Positions 8,987 to 17,177 of a stretch of DNA of 64,000 nucleotides are shown in pieces (position 1 is the first letter of the stretch; each line of letters starts with the position of its first letter). Origin of the DNA: a virus. Taxonomy: Duplodnaviria; Heunggongvirae; Uroviricota; Caudoviricetes. Both the position numbers and the translations under genes were made by a program. The stretch lies in the IMG/VR virus record IMGVR_UViG_3300009149_000021; one strand, given 5' to 3'. Below the pieces are notes generated by a model. The model made no database searches and had not been told where the DNA came from. It saw nothing but the letters and a program-made list of their open reading frames with translations.

Positions 8987-10720
8987 TTATTGTGTGTTTC
9001 CAAACGTTTCTGTCTCGATTTGGAAATATATTTTCTTTCTTCTTTTGGTTTTTTCCTGTTTTACAACAGGTTTATTTCTATCAGGATAACTATTACCAGA
9101 AGAAGTATTATTGAAGATATCGTTAACTTTTGCGGCAAATTGAATTATCCCCTCAGACCATCCACCAAGAATAAATGTTCTTTCATAATTCTCAGGAAGA
9201 AGAGAATCTTCATATCCCGCAATCTGACATAGGAATACGTTAACATTTCTATTAACCTTATTCCTATATTCTTTAACTAATTTAGGAACATCAATATAAT
9301 TGGATGTGCTTCTTAGCCATCTATAGTTGTTGTAATCTGATGGATCAAGTCCATACAATCCACCATGACCAGCTTGCATATCAGAATAGACGAATATGTT
9401 GTCCCAGTGTACTTTATTTTTTATAGCATCACTGAACGCCAACCATATTCCATTTTCTGTTGCACCACCAATTTCTGAACCAACTTCTTCAACAGTTTTA
9501 AGTTGATCGAAAATTGAAGATTTTTTCCTTATAGGAATCATCTTCAGTCTATCGCCAAACACACCAACAATACCTTCGTCGGAAACCATCCCAGTTATAA
9601 CACCCATCAAATTTCCAATATGGGAAACTGTGGATGTTCCATAAACGCTTAGATGTCCACTCTGTGCTGATCCAGAATTATCAACCAGGATCAAATTTCT
9701 TCCTTCTATTCTTGGAAGATTTCCCATTGATCGAGTCAGACATTCTTCCAAACCATCGAGAATAACAGAAGAAGCTATGTGTTCCACTATTCTGTATGCT
9801 GAATAATATCTAAAAGGAATTTGTCTCCCATCTGCTGCAGTTCCGACAAGTTTGTCCAACCAATATTTATGGTGGACTTTATTCTCAATGAAATTTCTGA
9901 TGTTTCTCAGAAGAGCCATGTGTCCCATGACATCAATACAATCTTTCCATGGTCTTCCTGCTGATCTCATTGATTCCCATGTTTCTCTTCCATCATCATT
10001 GAGTTTGAGTTTATCATCCAAAAGCTTCAATGTATTATCACCGAATGCACCAGCTAAACGAATAACATCAACAGTCTTGACATCTCTGTTCTCCATCCTA
10101 TATTTCGATAAGGTGTATTCGTTTGCATTTTTCAGAAAGTCAGACCATGATCTTTTCAAACTGTTTGGAATTGGTTTTCCATATGCGGCTAATTGATATG
10201 ATAATCCAGTGGCAGGTTCATCGCCTCTCTTGATTATGTGTTTTGCATATTTCCTTATAAGGCCAGTACCCTTAACCTTTGGATGGTTAGCTGCTCTTAT
10301 CAATATTGCTTGTGGTGTGACCCTCATATTATCAATATTTCTCAGATCACATGCTATCTTAAGAGTTTCCTCAGCATTATATCTCAATGCTTCATCAATG
10401 CATTTTTCGATTGTCTTGACTGGAGTTAAATTTCTCCATTCATAATCATCAATTGCATTGAGGGTATCTCTTAAATATTCTCTAGCTTTATCAGATATCC
10501 CAGATCTCCTAAGACCTACATCAGATCTTTTTCTTTTATCTTTCCTATCTGATTTATAATATTGTGGTTCACCGAAGAAACATGAAGCAGCAACAACACT
10601 CAATCTCAATAATGGATTATTAATATCAAATGAAGTTCCTCCCATGAAATTCTTATGAGCCGAATCATAAATCTTTTTCTCTGCTAAACTTTCATTCCTT
10701 TTCTTGTTTAAATAACTCAT
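8987..10720 (-). CDS. rsr: Ro60/TROVE-domain protein with C-terminal vWA (MIDAS) domain; Rsr-like
   Basis: N-terminal LLRLSVVAASCFFGEPQYY matches the Ro60 signature RFLCFGSEGGTYY; C-terminal LILVDNSGSAQSG is a DxSGS MIDAS motif. Established Ro60 = TROVE + vWA architecture. AAAGGAG RBS upstream of ATG. Confidence 0.7.
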   Translation of the reverse strand: MSYLNKKRNESLAEKKIYDSAHKNFMGGTSFDINNPLLRLSVVAASCFFGEPQYYKSDRKDKRKRSDVGLRRSGISDKAREYLRDTLNAIDDYEWRNLTPVKTIEKCIDEALRYNAEETLKIACDLRNIDNMRVTPQAILIRAANHPKVKGTGLIRKYAKHIIKRGDEPATGLSYQLAAYGKPIPNSLKRSWSDFLKNANEYTLSKYRMENRDVKTVDVIRLAGAFGDNTLKLLDDKLKLNDDGRETWESMRSAGRPWKDCIDVMGHMALLRNIRNFIENKVHHKYWLDKLVGTAADGRQIPFRYYSAYRIVEHIASSVILDGLEECLTRSMGNLPRIEGRNLILVDNSGSAQSGHLSVYGTSTVSHIGNLMGVITGMVSDEGIVGVFGDRLKMIPIRKKSSIFDQLKTVEEVGSEIGGATENGIWLAFSDAIKNKVHWDNIFVYSDMQAGHGGLYGLDPSDYNNYRWLRSTSNYIDVPKLVKEYRNKVNRNVNVFLCQIAGYEDSLLPENYERTFILGGWSEGIIQFAAKVNDIFNNTSSGNSYPDRNKPVVKQEKTKRRKKIYFQIETETFGNTQ

Positions 10721-10750
10721 TTTTCACTCCTTTAAAATGTTTTAAAGAGA

Positions 10751-10791
10751 AACGTAAAAAGAGGCATAGCAATATATAATCACTATGCCTC
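10751..10791 (-). terminator. rho-independent terminator (minus strand) between the Y-RNA-like repeats and rsr
   Basis: GAGGCATAG-(13 nt)-CTATGCCTC 9-bp stem followed by TTTTTACGTTTCTCTTT on the minus strand. Confidence 0.5.
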
Positions 10792-10804
10792 ATGAAAAGT
10801 AATG

Positions 10805-10870
10805 AGGAGACTTATATGCAAGGGTATTTTTTCATAAACCATTGAAGTAACCCATTGCTACCACTGCCCC
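10805..10870 (-). ncRNA. tRNA-like repeat unit B (short form)
   Basis: GGCAGTGGTAGCAATGGGTTACTTCAATGG...ACCCTTGCATATAAGTCTCC; GGGT/ACCC is a compensatory change relative to GAGT/ACTC in unit C1. Confidence 0.4.
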
Positions 10871-10879
10871 ATTAAAAAC

Positions 10880-10948
10880 ATGAGAGAGACTTATATGAAA
10901 GAGTATTTTTTCACCATTGAAGTAACTCTTTCTTCCACTACTCTCATA
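10880..10948 (-). ncRNA. tRNA-like repeat unit C1 (short form)
   Basis: GAGTAGTGGAAGAAAGAGTTACTTCAATGGTGAAAAAATACTCTTTCATATAAGTCTCTC; 7-bp stem AAAGAGT/ACTCTTT. Confidence 0.4.
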
Positions 10949-10957
10949 AAATATACC

Positions 10958-11102
10958 AAGAGACTTAATAAGAAAGGTGTTTTCTTTTGCCATCGCTCTA
11001 ACCATGCTGAGCTACATGACACCTTTGAGGGCGGCATGATGGGATTTGAACCCACGACATATGGTTCCAATAATTGAAGTAACCTTTCTAACCACTGCTC
11101 GG
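10958..11102 (-). ncRNA. tRNA-like repeat unit C2 (long form with T-arm and authentic-looking D-arm)
   Basis: GAGCAGTGGTTAGAAAGGTTACTTCAAT ... GTGGG-TTCAAAT-CCCAT ... GTAGCTCAGCATGGTTAGAGC; no acceptor pairing, so not a canonical tRNA. Confidence 0.4.
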
Positions 11103-11111
11103 TTTTGATAT

Positions 11112-11235
11112 ATAAAGGAAGAGACTAGGCGATAGGGTTTTTTAATTCAGCGGGATTTGAACCCACATTAGTCAATTTACAAGATTGATTTTATACCAGA
11201 TTGAAGTAACCCATATCTATCACTGCTTCCTATTT
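11112..11235 (-). ncRNA. tRNA-like repeat unit C3 (long form with T-arm)
   Basis: GAAGCAGTGATAGATATGGGTTACTTCAAT ... GTGGG-TTCAAAT-CCCGC. Confidence 0.4.
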
Positions 11236-11263
11236 AATTTAACTTTGTTCTCTTTTTCTTAAG

Positions 11264-11455
11264 TTAATCTAAAACTAATATTTTAAAATAGGATTTCTTT
11301 TCAAAAAACCTACAACTCCCGATTATACTTATTGACCCATTCTTCTCACACAGTCCATCATCCCTCCAACCTGAGGTGTTAATTTTTCCGTTGCTTTGCA
11401 CCGAAAATCCTTTAAAATATTTACATTTATCACACCATTTATCTCTTGATGCCAT
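11264..11455 (-). CDS. small Cys-rich (zinc-ribbon-like) protein, paralog 1 of 3
   Basis: 63 aa; CDKCKYF...C..C pattern; tandem with two similar ORFs. Confidence 0.45.
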   Translation of the reverse strand: MASRDKWCDKCKYFKGFSVQSNGKINTSGWRDDGLCEKNGSISIIGSCRFFEKKSYFKILVLD

Positions 11456-11464
11456 ATTCTTTTC

Positions 11465-11650
11465 CTATATACTAGTTATTTTAAAATTACCTTTTTTCTT
11501 AAATTTATTACATCCATAACAAATAATTATTTTACCATTATCACCACGAGTTAGATCTTTGCATTTACCAACTCTGTAACCATTGTCCTCGCATGGCACA
11601 ATATATCCATCGAATTTCTCGCATTCATCACATTTATTAATTATCATCAT
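11465..11650 (-). CDS. small Cys-rich protein, paralog 2
   Basis: 61 aa; CDECEKF...CYGCNKFKKKGNFKI. Confidence 0.45.
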   Translation of the reverse strand: MMIINKCDECEKFDGYIVPCEDNGYRVGKCKDLTRGDNGKIIICYGCNKFKKKGNFKITSI

Positions 11651-11654
11651 AGTT

Positions 11655-11855
11655 TTATTCCAATACTGATATTATAAAAGCTGATTTAGCACGAAAACTA
11701 TCACAACCACCAGCAATATAAATACACATACCATATTTTTTGCAGCTCCCATCAGGTTCAAATGGTTTTTTTGTTATTATCTTGTTACCTTTTAATATGA
11801 ATCTCCCAAAATAATAATATCTACCACACCATTCATCTCTTTTAGTTGTAATCAT
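11655..11855 (-). CDS. small Cys-rich protein, paralog 3 (start moved to internal Met to avoid tRNA-Gln)
   Basis: ORF-track N-terminus (to 11903) overlaps tRNA-Gln; MITTKRDEWCGRYY..GGCDSFRAKSAFI. Confidence 0.4.
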   Translation of the reverse strand: MITTKRDEWCGRYYYFGRFILKGNKIITKKPFEPDGSCKKYGMCIYIAGGCDSFRAKSAFIISVLE

Positions 11856-11873
11856 ATTTATATCCTTATAAGA

Positions 11874-11950
11874 TGGCAGGGGTGGTAGGGCTCGAACCCA
11901 CAAACTTTGAGGACCAAAACCTCACGTGCTACCAATTACACCACACCCCT
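11874..11950 (-). tRNA. tRNA-Gln (anticodon UUG), CCA encoded
   Basis: AGGGGTG..TGAGG-TTTTGGT-CCTCA..GTGGG-TTCGAGC-CCTAC-CACCCCT-G-CCA. Confidence 0.75.
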
Positions 11951-11958
11951 CTGACATA

Positions 11959-12291
11959 TTAAACAATTCTATATTCAATCTCTCCTATTTTTATCTTTTT
12001 AGCAGTCTTAACATTTATTTTCCTAAAGTCCCTTTTCTCTCTATCAAACACTGTAATATGATCCGGATCAAATTTTTCTTTTCTTTTTATTGCTGATTTT
12101 GTTGTCTTTGCTTTTTTCTTCATTTCTTCTATATACTGTTTATCTGGTTCCAATGAAGCAATCATATGTCTGTTGCTTCCATCAGCTTTAACAAAATCTA
12201 TTTCAAATGTTGCTTTTCTAAATTTAATAAGCAGCATAAGTAAATGTTGTCTTTTAAGCAATACGCCTTTTTCTTTTTTTTCTTCACCCAT
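11959..12291 (-). CDS. small basic hypothetical protein
   Basis: ORF 110 aa, Lys-rich; abuts the ligA stop. Confidence 0.4.
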   Translation of the reverse strand: MGEEKKEKGVLLKRQHLLMLLIKFRKATFEIDFVKADGSNRHMIASLEPDKQYIEEMKKKAKTTKSAIKRKEKFDPDHITVFDREKRDFRKINVKTAKKIKIGEIEYRIV

Positions 12292-14253
12292 TTAAGTTCC
12301 TCCTATAATCTCCATTAATTGATCTTCACTTATAATCACAACTCCAAGTGCTTTCGCCTTATCCAACTTGGAACCACAGTTTTCACCAGCCACCAAATAA
12401 TTTATACTTTTTGCCACACTGCCTTTTACTATACCACCATTGTTTTCAATTAAATTAGAAAAAAAGGATCTTGGTTTTGTTAATGTTCCTGTTATAACAA
12501 ATGTCTTATCTATTAATTTATTATTTTCAGTAATAATATATTGGGTGTTTATTCTTTTTATTTTTAGTTTTTCGATCATATCTTTATTTTTTTCATCTCT
12601 GAAAAAATTAAAAATATTTTCTGATATTATTGATCCAACATCTTCTATATTTTTCAATTCATCCAAATCAGCATTTATCAGATTGTCGATAGTTGCGTAT
12701 TTTTTTACAAGTTTCTTTGACAGTGTTCTCCCAACTCCCTCAATACCTAGCCCGCTAATCAATCTCCTCAATTCATTATCTTTACTTTTTTCTATATTTT
12801 CCAAGAGACGCTCAGCACTTCTTTCAGCATATCCATCCATTAATAATAAATCGGCTTCTGTCATATAATAAATATCTGAAATATCTTTGATTATATTTTT
12901 TTCAACTAGCTGATCTATAATAGATTCTCCGAAATGCTCAATATTCATATGGTCTCTACTGACAAAATGTTCAATGGATTTTTTAAGTTTTCCTTTACAA
13001 GAATCACCCTTACATTTTATGAATGGTCCAAATCTTATTGTGTTACTATTACATACGGGACATTTTGTTGGAAACTCAATCTGTTTGGTTTGTGTTCGTT
13101 TATCTAAAGCAACACTTGTTATATGTGGTATAACTTCAGCAGCACGTTCAACATTGACATAATCACCGATTTCCAATTTCAATCTTTCTATTTCATCGAA
13201 ATTGGCCAATGTACATCTCTTTACAACAACTCCACCTATATTCACTGGCTCCAATTCGGCAACAGGAGTTATTATTCCCGTTCTTCCAACTTGAAACAAA
13301 ACATCAATAACTTTAGTTATCTTTTGTGGTGTTTTGAACTTATAAGCTATCGCCCATTTGGGGGATTTGCTGGAACGTCCAGCTATATTTTGTTGTGTAA
13401 AATTGTTCACTTTGATCACTATGCCATCTATTTCGTAATTTAATTTTGTTCTCTCTGTATTCCAGTAATCACAAAACATCATTATTTCTTTAATATCTTT
13501 TGTAACTACTTTATTTGGATTTATTTTAAATCCAAATTCTTCTAACTTATTATACATCTCACTCATTGTTTCCACATCCAACCCATATCCAAATGAATGA
13601 ACGTACATATCCAAATTTCTCTTAGCAACCATTGTTGGATCTAATTGTCGCATAGATCCGGCTGCTGCATTTCTTGTATTTGCAAATGGTTTCTCTCTAT
13701 CCTCATTTAGTTTATTAAATGAAGATAATGGCATGAATACTTCCCCACGAATATTCAATTCTTCTTTATATGGTATTTCCAATGGAATTGATTTTATTCT
13801 TTTTATATTCTCAGTAATATCTTCACCAATCGATCCATCACCTCTAGTTGATCCTCTTATAAATTTTCCATCTTTATATAATAAATCAACCGAAAGACCA
13901 TCAATTTTTAATTCGCAAATATATTCATGGTGATGTGCAGCTAAATCATCTTCCATTTTATTTAAAAAATTCTCCACTTCATCTTGATTATATGTATTAT
14001 CTAATGATAAGAGTGGAATTTTATGTTCAACTTTTTTGAAGCATTCAAGTGGCTCACCACCTACTCGTCTAGACGGGGATGTATCCGAATCTAAATCTGG
14101 ATATAATCCTTCCATAGTAATTAATTTTCTCATAACTGTATCATATTCTAGATCTGATATAGTTGGTTTATCTTTTACGTAATATTCATAATTCCATTTA
14201 TTGATTTTTGCCCTGAGCATTTCAATAATTTCTTTTGGAGTGAATTCGTGCAT
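12292..14253 (-). CDS. ligA: NAD+-dependent DNA ligase (LigA)
   Basis: Adenylation motif ELKIDGLSV (KxDG); Cys4 zinc finger CPVCNS...CKGDSC; C-terminal BRCT-like segment; length 653 aa typical of LigA. Confidence 0.9.
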   Translation of the reverse strand: MHEFTPKEIIEMLRAKINKWNYEYYVKDKPTISDLEYDTVMRKLITMEGLYPDLDSDTSPSRRVGGEPLECFKKVEHKIPLLSLDNTYNQDEVENFLNKMEDDLAAHHHEYICELKIDGLSVDLLYKDGKFIRGSTRGDGSIGEDITENIKRIKSIPLEIPYKEELNIRGEVFMPLSSFNKLNEDREKPFANTRNAAAGSMRQLDPTMVAKRNLDMYVHSFGYGLDVETMSEMYNKLEEFGFKINPNKVVTKDIKEIMMFCDYWNTERTKLNYEIDGIVIKVNNFTQQNIAGRSSKSPKWAIAYKFKTPQKITKVIDVLFQVGRTGIITPVAELEPVNIGGVVVKRCTLANFDEIERLKLEIGDYVNVERAAEVIPHITSVALDKRTQTKQIEFPTKCPVCNSNTIRFGPFIKCKGDSCKGKLKKSIEHFVSRDHMNIEHFGESIIDQLVEKNIIKDISDIYYMTEADLLLMDGYAERSAERLLENIEKSKDNELRRLISGLGIEGVGRTLSKKLVKKYATIDNLINADLDELKNIEDVGSIISENIFNFFRDEKNKDMIEKLKIKRINTQYIITENNKLIDKTFVITGTLTKPRSFFSNLIENNGGIVKGSVAKSINYLVAGENCGSKLDKAKALGVVIISEDQLMEIIGGT

Positions 14254-14267
14254 ATAATTAAACTCCT

Positions 14268-14313
14268 AAAATAAAAAGAGTGGGAGATGTAATTTAAGAA
14301 TTACATCTCCCAA
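14268..14313 (-). terminator. strong rho-independent terminator (minus strand) immediately upstream of the ligA RBS
   Basis: Perfect 14-bp stem TGGGAGATGTAATT/AATTACATCTCCCA followed by CTCTTTTTATTTT on the minus strand. Confidence 0.55.
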
Positions 14314-14329
14314 TATCGTAACTTAATAT

Positions 14330-14349
14330 GGAGGAGCAGGTGCTCCTCC
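14330..14349. terminator. GC-rich hairpin GGAGGAGC-AGGT-GCTCCTCC (possible bidirectional terminator)
   Basis: 8-bp GC stem; T-rich run follows on the plus strand; lies directly after the stop of 14355..14639 on the minus strand. Confidence 0.35.
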
Positions 14350-14354
14350 TAAAA

Positions 14355-14639
14355 TTATTTCATTTTGTTTCCAACGGCTGTTTTGGAGAAACTCACGGTG
14401 CGATAGTTACCGCCGTCGCGTGTTTCCTTTGTGGTGTATACGTTTTTGTTGTCGTATGCCTGAATGTGTGGATAGCAAACACCTTTCTGTGTTCCTTTCC
14501 AACGGAAATTTACATCCAACACAACATCATCATCATCGACTTCGACGGTGTCTCCGTCTGCAGTTGTTACGATAATCTTACGGCATTTGTTGAAATTGAA
14601 ACCGGCATCCTCAAGCATTTCGCGAATTGTCTTTGTCAT
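14355..14639 (-). CDS. hypothetical protein
   Basis: ORF 94 aa; noticeably higher GC than neighbours. Confidence 0.4.
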   Translation of the reverse strand: MTKTIREMLEDAGFNFNKCRKIIVTTADGDTVEVDDDDVVLDVNFRWKGTQKGVCYPHIQAYDNKNVYTTKETRDGGNYRTVSFSKTAVGNKMK

Positions 14640-14672
14640 GGTAATTCCTCCTGTTTGTTAACAAAGAATTTT

Positions 14673-15227
14673 TTACGGTCGGTCGACCGTTTTCTTAACT
14701 CCACTCTCAGTACTAATCAAAACTTTCGTTTTTAATGTTGTTACAGGTGGAGTATGTTTTGGCACATCTATGATTTGGGTTCTGACCTTATCAATAGTGG
14801 CCCCTTCGATAAATTTTTCTACCATTACTGTTTTAGCATCGACTGCACCTTTTACTTCCTGCATTTCCTTATATGTATGATGATTATTATCACTATCATC
14901 AAAATCAAGAACATCAAGATCATTGAATAGTTCCTGATCCATTATTAATGATACCACATCATTATCATCGACATCTAGAGCTGTTATTTTAGCATGAAAA
15001 GCTAATGCCTCTATAAGATCATCCATGGGATTTTCATAATCAGCACTTCTGGCCAAGAGTGATTCTTTAACATTGTCGGCCATCTGGTCAACATCGTCAT
15101 CCCATTCTGGTTCATCTTTGAAGACATACCACTTATCATCATTAAAATATAACAGAGCGTCAGGATTTAATCGCAGTATTTCAGAAAGATCCGTGAATGT
15201 TTTTAAATCTTTTTCTGAGTTTTCCAA
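14673..15227 (-). CDS. acidic hypothetical protein
   Basis: ORF 184 aa, D/E-rich. Confidence 0.4.
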   Translation of the reverse strand: MENSEKDLKTFTDLSEILRLNPDALLYFNDDKWYVFKDEPEWDDDVDQMADNVKESLLARSADYENPMDDLIEALAFHAKITALDVDDNDVVSLIMDQELFNDLDVLDFDDSDNNHHTYKEMQEVKGAVDAKTVMVEKFIEGATIDKVRTQIIDVPKHTPPVTTLKTKVLISTESGVKKTVDRP

Positions 15228-15235
15228 TATTCACC

Positions 15236-16207
15236 TCATCCACCGATTGACATTAGAAGCGGAGACCCAGATGGAAGAATCTTTTCTGGGAGTTTTCCAT
15301 CCCACTTTTTGGCTACTTCCAATTGAGCATCTGCTTTTACTCTCTCGATATCAAGTTTGATTTGGGCAATTGCTGCATCCTGTGCTTCTGCAAATCGCTG
15401 AGCGACATACAACTCTGTGTCTGCTATTTCCTTGTCTTTTTCATTGATTTTTTTCTGTGCCTCTAATAGTTGTGTGGCAACCTTTATTCCATTCTCAGCA
15501 ATAAATGTTTTATTTATTGCTTCTTGAATTTCTTTATCTTCATAAGTCAAGCCACCAACAATTCCGAGATAGTCCACTGTTATTCCTTTCTTTGCAAAGA
15601 ATGCTTTGGTTTCCTCACATACAATACTGGATACTTTATCTTTTTCTTCTTTGCACTTTGTCAAGTCCCGTTTGCCGAACTCCCTGGAAAGGATCTCCTG
15701 TACTCGTCCACGTATATTTGTATTAACCACGCTGGTCAATTCTTTGCCGGCATAATAATATAGAAATGATGCGGCATCATTTTCAAGAACTGAACAAGTG
15801 ATATTTATTCCCACGCTGAATCCAATTGAATCTTTCGATTCAACAGATAATACTTCATTCTTATTACTGGTTCCTGTTGTTCCATCATTCGTCCATTCAC
15901 AAGTCACTGGGGTTCTATCAACTTTAATAACTTTCACTGTCGGAATCCATATAAACTGATAATAAAATCTTCCAGTGTGTCTTGCCCTAAGAGGAATGTT
16001 TATTCTCTTCGCAGCGACTTTTGATTCTTCTAAGAATTCAACAGACATGAATTTTCCCTGATTTGTTTTTGTTGATCCTTCGAGTGGTACTACGAATGCT
16101 GTTTCATTTGCTTCGATTTGTTCGAACTGTTCAAGTTCTGGTGGTCCAACACAACCTGCAAAGAAGACGAATGCTACTGCAAGCAGCATAACCAATAATG
16201 TTTTCAT
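15236..16207 (-). CDS. SPFH/band-7-like lipoprotein
   Basis: N-terminal signal with lipobox-like FFAGC; C-terminal ITVDYLGIVGG..EIQEAINK..AQRFAEAQDAAIAQ resembles the SPFH (stomatin/HflK) core. Confidence 0.45.
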   Translation of the reverse strand: MKTLLVMLLAVAFVFFAGCVGPPELEQFEQIEANETAFVVPLEGSTKTNQGKFMSVEFLEESKVAAKRINIPLRARHTGRFYYQFIWIPTVKVIKVDRTPVTCEWTNDGTTGTSNKNEVLSVESKDSIGFSVGINITCSVLENDAASFLYYYAGKELTSVVNTNIRGRVQEILSREFGKRDLTKCKEEKDKVSSIVCEETKAFFAKKGITVDYLGIVGGLTYEDKEIQEAINKTFIAENGIKVATQLLEAQKKINEKDKEIADTELYVAQRFAEAQDAAIAQIKLDIERVKADAQLEVAKKWDGKLPEKILPSGSPLLMSIGG

Positions 16208-16488
16208 TTTTCCTCCGGAAATTTTGCTGTTAGGTACTTATCATAAACGTTAATCATGGATGGTTTCCACAGAAATGCAAGTGCAATTAATAATAAAATC
16301 TTTATGTACACTACAATCCTGCTCAGAATTCCAAGAATAACTTTTGTTGTTGTATAAGATGTCATTGAATCATCAAGTTGATTTTTGATGAGTGATCCAG
16401 ATATGGATGCGTTATATATTTCAGTAACGTATCCTATGTTGATAAAAATGAACAAAATCAGAACAGTAACCAGAAATTTTGTTTTCAT
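16204..16488 (-). CDS. small membrane protein
   Basis: ORF 94 aa with two hydrophobic segments. Confidence 0.4.
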   Translation of the reverse strand: MKTKFLVTVLILFIFINIGYVTEIYNASISGSLIKNQLDDSMTSYTTTKVILGILSRIVVYIKILLLIALAFLWKPSMINVYDKYLTAKFPEEK

Positions 16489-16512
16489 GCAAATCCTCGT
16501 TTTTTATATTGA

Positions 16513-16588
16513 TGGTACCCGAGGAGGGACTTGAACCCCCAACGCCATGGTCCTAAACCATGCGCCTCTGCCATTGGGCTACTCGGGC
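16513..16588 (-). tRNA. tRNA with anticodon UAG (Leu by anticodon) but short variable arm; CCA encoded
   Basis: GCCCGAG..CATGG-TTTAGGA-CCATG-GCGTT-GGGGG-TTCAAGT-CCCTC-CTCGGGT-A-CCA. Confidence 0.6.
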
Positions 16589-16755
16589 ATCAAAAGAAAA
16601 TTGAATCAATTTCTCTTATTTTTTCTCTTACTTTATTTTTACTTTTATCCTTTGGTTTATCTTTTAGTTTAGTTTTGTCTTTTTTCTTTGGTTTTTTCAT
16701 TTTCTCTTCAGGAGACAATTCTTCATAATCTTCAATACAAATTACCATATACTCC

Positions 16756-17175
16756 TCAAAACTTAATTATACTAAAACAAATACCACTGAAAAATCCATG
16801 GTATCTATAATCTTTATCAAAACTATATGCTGTAAATAATCCAGCCTTTATATCTATGATACTCAAAAGAATTTTATTTGCAGAAAAACCAATTGCTTGT
16901 TCCGCAATTAATAAATCCAACGTATAATCATCTTTTTTATATACCACTGCAGATATATGTGGCTTGACAGTTTTCAATGAAATTAAAAATCCCTGATTCA
17001 ATTTTGGAATCTTATATTGTTTTTTTACTTTTTCAACATCACCTTCGGTTCTTTCCTCAAACAAATCATAGTTCGATTTTGTCATTTTAACTTCTTCTGT
17101 GTTTGTTAATGCGGGTAAATTGGTTGTTAAAAATAATAAAAAAACCAATACTACTATAATCTTTCTAAGACACAA
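16756..17175 (-). CDS. exported hypothetical protein
   Basis: ORF 139 aa; N-terminal hydrophobic signal MCLRKIIVVLVFLLFLTT. Confidence 0.4.
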   Translation of the reverse strand: MCLRKIIVVLVFLLFLTTNLPALTNTEEVKMTKSNYDLFEERTEGDVEKVKKQYKIPKLNQGFLISLKTVKPHISAVVYKKDDYTLDLLIAEQAIGFSANKILLSIIDIKAGLFTAYSFDKDYRYHGFFSGICFSIIKF

Positions 17176-17177
17176 TG

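Noticed and set aside
12440-13443. Several plus-strand ORFs (142, 62, 106 aa) inside ligA, and similar plus-strand ORFs inside SbcC (42130-43089), RNR, RNAP and tail-fibre genes
   Set aside because: Low-complexity Ile/Phe/Ser-rich translations, typical of antisense reading of AT-rich coding DNA. All are embedded opposite well-supported minus-strand genes.
16590-16700. Possible 36-aa Lys-rich minus-strand peptide (MKKPKKKDKTKLKDK...) downstream of 16756..17175
   Set aside because: No convincing RBS; it is in frame right after the upstream gene's stop, and very low complexity. Not reported as a gene.
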